Below, in pieces: positions 40,225 to 48,024 of a stretch of DNA of 48,024 nt. The number at the start of each line of letters is the position of its first letter. Position 1 is the stretch's first letter. Under the pieces are notes generated by a model. That model was not told the DNA's origin and made no database searches. It saw nothing but the letters and a program-made list of their open reading frames with translations. Origin of the DNA: Piedraia hortae CBS 480.64. Lineage: Eukaryota. Where the stretch lies: contig MU005964.1 in NCBI GenBank assembly GCA_010093745.1, forward strand, positions 372,001 through 420,024, given 5' to 3'. The position numbers and the translations under genes are program-made.

Positions 40225-41960
40225 CTACTCGGCCTTCTCCATGCCATCCGCATCGAGGTAGCCATCGCCGGGTTTTATGCCCGTTGCTACACCCGAGCTG
40301 CTGTGCTCCTTTTCATCCTCCTTTTCTGCATCATCTGGTGAGCCGACGCCCATCTGTTCAGCCAGTTGGCTCTCGGCCAGGGAGCTGGCATCATCCTGTG
40401 ATGTGCTGTTGCTTGTCTGCTGAGGCGAGGTCGGGGCGAAGCGGCTGCGTTGTCGTATCCGCGCACCATACTTGTAAAACACGAAAGGTATAGGAGCCAG
40501 CAAACAAGCCACTGCCCCAATGATAGATCCTGCTTTACCCACGCCGAGAGCCCGGAACATTTGCTCCGTGAACAGCGGAGCGGAGGCACCGCATGCGCTA
40601 CGGCAGACGGTGTTGGCAGCCAACGCACTCGCAGCGTACATGAGGTATGTATCGGCCAGGTAGTTCAAGAATGCAACAAAGATGAGCATAATTGAAGTAG
40701 AGAGGAATACACCCCCTAACGTTGGCACCATCCAATGTACCGAATTGTACTCGCCGCTCCATGCGAGCCAGAACATGGTGATGGGAAACAGCGTGCAGCC
40801 AATCATGGCCACCGGCAGACGGTCCTCTGGGCATCTCGCTATCCCCGCCAGCTCCTTCTTTCTCTCCCGGTGCGAGTTTGTGAATATGATGATACCCCCG
40901 ATTGCAGCGCCAATGATGGTACCAATTAGCGGGAGCTGGCCCACGCCAGAATTCCAATGGCGTTTCTGTTGAAACACAAATGGGTAAATAGTGAAGAGCA
41001 TGTAAAGCAGCATGTAGACTACGCTGAGGTAGATGGCAACCAAAAGGGATATTGGGTCAAAGAGGATGATCCAGGGTCGTACCAGTGCCACCTTGAAGAT
41101 GCTGCCTAAACGCCGGTCCGATGCCTCCACCGGTGCCTTAATATTCTCGTATCCCGCTAGCTTCGTACGCCTCAAACGACGCGCTTTATTAAGCAACACT
41201 TGTGATGGCAGAGTCTCCGGTAAGCTGAACATGAAAGGTAGAGTACCGCCAGCCATCCAAAGCAGCACATAAAACGCCCAGCGCCAGTCCTCATCTAGCT
41301 GCAAAAAACCAGAGACCACAGGGCCCAAGGCAGGGCCCACAAAGGTCATGACAGAAAACACTGCCATGGCATTGGCTCGCTCGATCGGGCCCCAGATGTC
41401 AACCAATACCCCCGGCGCATTGCTGAGCGCAGCGGATGCAAATGTCCCAGACAAAAATCGCCCTATAAGAAGGCTGGCAAAGTTGTTTGCAAAGGCGCAC
41501 AAAAAGGTAAAGGCCAGGTAGACAAGGAATGTGGCATAAAAAATCCACCTACGACCATAAAACTGCGACTGTCAGCACACGCCTGTCTTCGTTTTAGATC
41601 AGAAAAATTATTTACCTCTGAGAGCGGAGCCCACACAAGTGGACCAGCACAGTAGCCTAGCAGAAACATGGTCATAACCAGACTCGCTGCCTCCCTTGAT
41701 ACCTTAAAGTGCTCGGCGATTCCGACCAAACACCCCGAGGGCGAAGACGAGGCAAACGTGGCATTGCACACCAAGAGAACCGCTGTCACAGTAATATACC
41801 ATCTTCGCGCCGTGCTCCAGTTTCTGGGGTTCTCAATATCGTTCGGGGCAAAATTGAGATGACCCTGGTCGTTTAAGTGTGGTGTAGCGGCATCACGAAC
41901 CTTGTTGGATCGATAGGGCTTGGCGACGGGACGCGACAGAATGCGCTCGAGCTGATCCAT
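40225..41960 (-). CDS. MFS drug:H+ antiporter (DHA1 family, Tpo/Mdr1-like); exons 41960-41616, 41562-40225
   Basis: DIENPRNWSTARRW, GPLVWAPLSE|FYGRRW, GPALGP, WRW, LPET, PEDRL, NYLADTY, AASALAAN; 53-nt intron 41615-41563 keeps the frame (560 aa). Confidence 0.93.
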
Positions 41961-42248
41961 ATCCAATTGCTCAACCCTTCGACAGTACACATTCAGAAAC
42001 AGAAAGAGGGGGAGCGCTGAATGTTTGTAATGATGTCAACCAATGCCGCCACAGCTGCCGAAAGGCGGCAGCCACCGCAAGCTAACGGGAAAAGTGATTA
42101 CAAACCCTCCTTTGATATTATGCCATCATCTACTCCTGTCTGCTTACCTACACTCCAAGTTAACTGCAACCGGAATGCTCGACAACTCCGTCAGAGCTGC
42201 CCCATAAATGCGTATTCCTGTCTGCCCAATTTATACAAGATGTTTTTC

Positions 42249-45200
42249 TTACAGCGCAAAAGGGTTTAGAGAGCGTATGGCCAAGCATCTAGAAGAGAAA
42301 GTTAGCATTCAAACACTTTCAAGTTGACTGGTGCACTTACGGTGGGCTCTTGGTCAAGTCTGTTTTCAAAAGCACAGGCACTCGTGTCATTTCCCTTACT
42401 TCTTGAACAAAGTCTCCGTCTGCCTCCCGGAGCTTGAAGTAGCCCAAGTACTTTTGCTTATTGGTTTCCTTATTCCTGGGGCTAGGTGTGTGCCTATCCT
42501 CCAATGCGACGCCGGAATTGAGATCACCGTTGGATTCGGATGCATCATCGTCGTCGTCATATAGGGCATCAACATCGCGAGTGTCCATGCTGCCGGTATC
42601 GATGTCTTGACGCTGAGCCTGAGTGCCATTCTTGGACTTGTTGTAACCTCGACTGGCCTGTGGTTGCTCGTCTTTTGGCACAAATGTGCTGACCGGCACC
42701 CCCTTCTCCCAATACAGCTCCAACAGCCTCGTGTCCCTATTGAACTCGGCTTTCTTGAGCGGAAGCTGGTCGCAGTGTACTCGCTTTTCAAACCCGTATT
42801 CGGGAATCACCACATCGAATGCGGACTCGTACACGCACACCACGACCCCGACAGAAATCAAATCGCTTCCTTGCTTCTTGGCAAGCCGATGCATTGCCCG
42901 GCATGACTCTATGTGCACGCTTTGCTCTTGTGCAGCAAACGCGCTGTCCTTCTTGGTGTTGCACGTTTCCGCAGTTTTAGCCAACGTTTCCAGGTCATCC
43001 ATAGTGTCCAGGGCTTTGCCAGAGAGAGCCGCTTCGAGCTGTCTATGAACCGCGATATCAGCATAACGACGCGTTGGATTGGTAAAATGAGTGTAGATTG
43101 GGAGGTTCAGCGCATAGTGGGACATCCAGTCACTTGGGACTTTGCCAGGCACATAGTACTTGGCCCTCGGCATGCTCTTGATGATCAACGTCTCGAGCCC
43201 TTTCCTGACATCATCATCCTTGACGCTGAAGAGGCTCTTCTGGAGTGCGGCGGACGACGAAGTATCTACTTGAATGCCGACATTGGCCATGCGCTCCGCA
43301 ACCGTCTGCAGACGCCTGAGATTTGGCGGCGCCTGGCGACGCAGGAGTGCTCGATCCGGCATGGCAGCATAGAGCTTCTGGGCCACCACTGTGTTAGTCT
43401 TGTGACTCAGCTCTTCAATCATCTCATGTGCTGGGCTCGAATCGAAGATGTTTTGCTCCACCGGAACGTTTTCATCATCCAGTTGATAGATGAGGCGAAG
43501 TGATGGAACCGCGCCCTTATCGACTCCGAAGCGTGCTCGCCGGAATTTTTGCGTAATATCATGCAGCTGAAGAATCTGGTCCTTACGGCTGCGGTCTAGC
43601 GAGGAAACATTGTCGTTGATAACGGCGTCAACCTCTTCGTATGATAGTTTGCCCGAGCTTTTGATGATTGACTTCCCAATCCACATCTCATCATCGACAA
43701 CGCGACCCGTTGAGACCGCGATTTTGAACACGACAGATACAGTGTACCGGTCCTCCCCGGGCGCCAGGCAGCATATTTCCTGAGACAAACGTGGCGGAAG
43801 CATGTTGACGGTCCTATTCATCAGGTACACGCCCGTACCGCGCTTCTTTGCTTCCCGGTCGACCAGGCTGTTGGCTTTGACAAAATGCGCAATGTCCGTG
43901 ACATGCACGCCAACCTCGACAAAACCATCGCCCAAGTCTTTGAAATGGATGGCATCGTCAAGCTCGCTGCTGCCGTTCGGATCGATAGTAAACGTCTGCT
44001 CATCGCGAAAGTCTCGGCGATCACGAGTGGCATCCTCACCGTCATTAGCGACCGACCAATCTTCGAAGCCAACATTACGGATGACAGCGTCGGAAAACTC
44101 GTCGCTGCCAAAATTGTTGTCACGCAAGAGGGCATCAGTCTCCACTTTTAAGTCACCTGCTTCACCCAGTTGTTCGACCAGTGTCCCAAAAGGATGCAGC
44201 GACGTGATAGGCCAGCGTTTGATAGACGCCACAAAGATCTTGCTGGCGTAATCCTGGTGCTTTTCTACAAAGTCCCTTGGGGCTTGCTCGGTTGGAATCG
44301 CAATCAAAGGCACCCGTTTGTCCGTTGGTTTGAACCAGACGATTTTCGGGCGCTCTTGCTGGCGTTCTGACTGGCGCTCCTGCTGGCGGGGATTCCCGCC
44401 CTCGCGCTCACGACGCTCAGCCTCCTGCTTCTCCTTGGTTGCCTGGGAGCTGGGACGCAAAAGCCCAAGAGTTCCGGAGAACATTTGCCCCGCCACCCGC
44501 TCAATGACGGCAACAATGTGCCCTGCGTACAATGGCTTTTGTTCATCGTTGATTTCGTCCTCCTCCATCAATAGTAAACTCTGCCCCTCGACTTCAACGT
44601 CGTCATTCTTCTTCTGCGTCGGCCGCTGTTTCAAGCTACCGCGACGTCGAATGCCGCCCTCGAGAGCCGAAGAAGCGCTCTCTGGCTGTGTTGTTGCATC
44701 ATTGACCTCTGTGACGGTGCCTGTACGGTGGTCACTGAAGTCTTTGCGTTTTTTCTTCTCTTCCTTTTCGCGCTTTTGCGCCCAAACCTCACCAACATCC
44801 AAAAGTTCAACCGCCACCAGATCGCCCTCGAGCGCACGGTTGCGGTCTTTGGACCCGCAGATGAAAATGTCGGCATCGAGATCCGTAGTCGTAACGTAGG
44901 CATCACTGCGATTCTTCTTGTTGACACGGAGAACGCCAGCGACCAAATGTCCATCGGCAAGAAGAGCAGGCAAGTGGGCCTGAGGCAAATAGGGAGTGAA
45001 TAGCGTCTTGCGCTGTTGATGTTGAGCTTGATGGGCTGTGGGGAAAGGCGCATTGTGGCCAGTGATGGGGGACACATTAGAACTCGATAGACCAGTTGGG
45101 CTGTACGCCTGCAACTGAGCAAGTCGAAGGGCCATATTTGCTTGCTGGTTGAGAATTTGTCCCTGCTGAAGCGGCATCAAGGGCTGCTGAGCTGGAAACT

Positions 45201-46338
45201 GAAAACCGGCCAAGCTATTGACTGACTGAGCCTGGAGAGATCCGCGCTGGCGATGTCCAGGCATCATCGATTGATTGCCTGCCGATTGATTAAGCTGGAA
45301 GTTTCCCATGGCTTGTTGCAGTGGCTCGTTGACCACGGGCGTTTGTGGCTGACGCCAGTTCCCTTCGAAGTTTCGGGACCCAGTGCGTGCATGACCCTGA
45401 CTCCCGCGACGAGGTGCTTCGGGCGCGTCGAAGCCAGTCTGAGCTTCCTGAGGAAAAGAAAATGTCGGACCTCCGCGAGTTGCAGAAGCCATGCCACGAG
45501 TCTGACCTGTGGCCATGCTCTGGCTTCGGCCATGACCACGGGAAGCCGATCCGCCTCTCCCAAAGCCCTGCTGACTGCTAGAGTCCGGGAGCTGTTTGCC
45601 AGGGCTTACCGACCGTGCACTGGTTGCTGGGGAGTCTCCGCTGTTGTTAAACTGATACCCGGCAGACTTGCGCTTGGCCTCGGCCAGTTCAGCCGCCTTT
45701 TTCGCCTCTGGAAGAGCCAACGAGTGGCGGCGATTGTGCCCGCCGCCGGCCTGGCTACCCCCACGGCCACGGAAAGGTACCGCGTTCTCACGTTGTGTCG
45801 GGCTGCTGCCAGCCATACCAAAATCATTGAATCCTGATGCTCCACTTGAAGGTGCCGGTGGCGGTCCCATGCTGCCAGTGCCAACATTGGGAAGAGCGCT
45901 TTGATTGCGTCGATGGCCCGAAGGATTGGCTGCCATCCCACCTGTCATGGGAATTCCAAGATGTTGCTGGCCCATTGACACCTGTGGGAACTGAAAGTTC
46001 GGGTTGGGAGTGAGATTCAGGTTCTGGAACTGCGTGTGTATCGGAGACTGGCCTGAAAGGGGCTGCTGCGCGGGGAGGACGCCCATATTGACATACTGCT
46101 GGTGAGTAGCCGCGATCTGCTGCTGTTGCTGCTGAAGCGCTTCAATTTGCTGGGCCAAGGCCAGCTGTTCCACTGGGTCGGACTGTCAGCAAACCAAGGT
46201 CTATAAAAACCCAAGGGACTCGAGAACATAAAGCAACATACTGATTAAGGGTGTCATTTCCGAGGGACTGCGGCGATGGGCAATGTGCAAACGACGCCCC
46301 GACTGCCCCGGCGGACCCATCTGGCCGTGCTGATCCAT
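42249..46338 (-). CDS. SSD1: Ssd1/Gul1 RNase II-family mRNA-binding protein; exons 46338-46242, 46172-42341, 42288-42249
   Basis: Spliced MDQH...RRLHIAHRRSPSEMTPLI|MEQLAL, RKTLFTPYLPQ, LRVNKKNRSDAYV, GSKDRNRALEGD, PKIVWFKPTDKRVPLIAIP, IKRWPITSLHPFG, YTHFTNPTRRYAD, end KSPP|CLAIRSLNPFAL*. Introns 46241-46173 (69 nt) and 42340-42289 (52 nt); 1322 aa. Confidence 0.97.
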
Positions 46339-47017
46339 GATTTAGCGCCCTTTGTGTATATTGGCAAAGAAAGCTCAAGAGAACGGGCAACAGAATGGGA
46401 ACAAGTCAAGGTCACTGGAGAGAAGTGGTATCGACGTAGTGGTTGAGGAGTGAATAAAGGGAAAGTTGTCCTCGGTTGACGGAATTTTTGATAGGCTAGG
46501 CCGTAAGGGGGAGCCGCGAATGGACGAGGCGAATATGCCTCTGAGGAAGGAAGGGACGTGTTGGTAGGAGTGATGTTGGACGATGACGAAGACAAGGAGG
46601 AAGGAGAGAAGGCGGCAGAAAAAGGTCCAAGCTCCGAGTCGGCATTACGTCAGCGCCTCAGCTTCAAACGCTGCATAACGTCCTACGGTTACAAGACGGC
46701 GCAGCGTCGACAACTGTAACCAATATATTTAGTTTATGTTTGGCATCGTCAGTAACATGCATGCCGTCATCAGTGTATCGGGCAACCACACGTCAAACAG
46801 TGACTGTCATGACGAGACAACCATTTACTGGACTGTCTGTTTAGGCCGCCCGGTCCGCCGCATCCATCCACCATTGGCTAAAGCCCTCCACAATGGCATA
46901 ACGACTTTCAAATCTGGGCCCATGTTTGATGGATTAGTCCAACAAAAGGCATTTCGCTACCGGATAAAGCCCGTGGGGCTAGCCCATTGACCAGCACAAA
47001 AAGGCCTAGCACAATAA

Positions 47018-47101
47018 CCCAATCAACCACTGGGTAGTTTATCTAAAAATAGGATCCAAATTTCCAGTAGTTGATTGAGGCCTTTGGTGAGTGGTTGATT
47101 G
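47018..47101. repeat. Inverted repeat with two alternative right arms
   Basis: CCCAATCAACCACTGG (47018-47033) vs CCAGTAGTTGATTGAG (47064-47079): 16 bp with 2 G-U pairs as minus-strand RNA. CAATCAACCACT (47020-47031) is also the exact complement of AGTGGTTGATTG (47090-47101). Confidence 0.85.
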
Positions 47102-47961
47102 ACCGATCTCGGCGGATCGAAACGAAACTTTGGGAGGTGATAGAGGGCGACGAGACGAGCAGGAGGCACCACTTTTTATCGAAATTGGTCAAGAAGTTGA
47201 CTGGTTTTTGGGGGAAGGCGAGTTGGGTGGCAAAAGCAAACAACCACTTAACAAAATCGCTCAAAATCACAGAGTGGGTCTTTCTGGTGTGCAGGAACAC
47301 GTTCTAGAGATTTAGAAGCGGTAGGCCAAATAGTCGTGGCGATACAGGGGTGGGTTATGGCTCACGACCTACGTCATGCGGAAGGGCCCGGTCCGTCGAC
47401 GGCCCGAGACTAGTGGCCCCACTCTGCAGCACACACTCAGGTGGCACTGGCTTTTCTTTTCTCTTCTTCATGCATTGTTCTCCGTCTACATAGGGCCTAC
47501 GCAGTCCTCTCGTCCATAGCCCATTGCTTTTAGCCTCTCACCCTTGTCTGTCATCGATCCCTCGACCCCGACCCCTCGTCTCGAGCCTCGTGACGTGACT
47601 GGGGTTTGGGTGGTGTAAGTGATTTTTTTTGAAACAAAGTTGTGTAAGAGACAGCTTTTATAGGGTAATGTGAGGCACAAAAATCGACATGGAAAGTGTC
47701 AAGCTTGTGGGATTGGAATTAGCATTAGAGTTGGCGACGGGTTTTGGACAATAAACCGAGAACGCTATCTACGAGAAAACTAAGCAAAACACATCATCTG
47801 TGGAGTCTCTCGGGACGCAGAGAACAATAGAAGAAGTCTCAAGACCATAGGTTGAAGCCTCACCTCGTTGTCAGGGATAACGTAGGGTGGTGTAGTGTCA
47901 CGACCAATGCTAACAGGGTCCGTGCTCTCTGTAGTAGAGGAAGTGCGCCTAGCAGAATGAG

Positions 47962-47988
47962 CAAACATCGGCGGGCCTCCGATGTTTG
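47962..47988. repeat. Perfect 10-bp inverted repeat with 7-nt loop
   Basis: CAAACATCGG (47962-47971) / CCGATGTTTG (47979-47988), followed by an A7 run. Confidence 0.85.
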
Positions 47989-48024
47989 AAAAAAATGTTT
48001 GGTCTAAAAAGACGTCAAAATGAT

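Noticed and set aside
47043..47315. Three overlapping short ORFs (61-85 aa)
   Set aside because: Non-ATG starts, no domains and no splice pattern linking them to a gene.
1..48024. Transposons, CRISPR arrays, rRNA/tRNA genes, secondary-metabolite cluster
   Set aside because: No transposase/RT motifs, spaced repeats, cloverleafs or backbone enzymes seen; the MFS, permease and hydrolase sit among housekeeping genes.

Overview
Gene-dense, intron-poor fungal chromosome segment (filamentous ascomycete; a compact Dothideomycete-like genome is inferred, not shown). It holds 20 apparently intact protein-coding genes plus one frameshifted gene in 48 kb, with 43-69 nt GT-AG introns. In order: DIS3/RRP44 (3'-truncated, missed by the ORF track), two uncharacterised proteins, NDR kinase COT1/CBK1, a ClC chloride transporter, an RtcA-type RNA 3'-phosphate cyclase, NAR1, a DUF1604/G-patch protein, KIN1 kinase, a putative mitochondrial membrane protein, beta-tubulin, a frameshifted MJ1316-domain gene, MAPKKK SSK2, a PITH-domain protein, an alpha/beta-hydrolase, a Cys-rich Mid2-like membrane protein, UTP3/SAS10, an AAAP amino-acid permease, OPI3, a DHA1 MFS transporter and SSD1/GUL1. 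I found no transposon, tRNA, rRNA or CRISPR array. Best leads: an SSD1 with a nearly intact RNase II active-site motif and CNYTCNYT elements in its own upstream region; a hairpin-rich, apparently non-coding last ~1.3 kb (candidate structured RNA); a hairpin/uORF module upstream of SSK2; and an RtcA plus MJ1316 cyclic-phosphate RNA-repair pair. All assignments come from motif recognition by eye; no searches were run.
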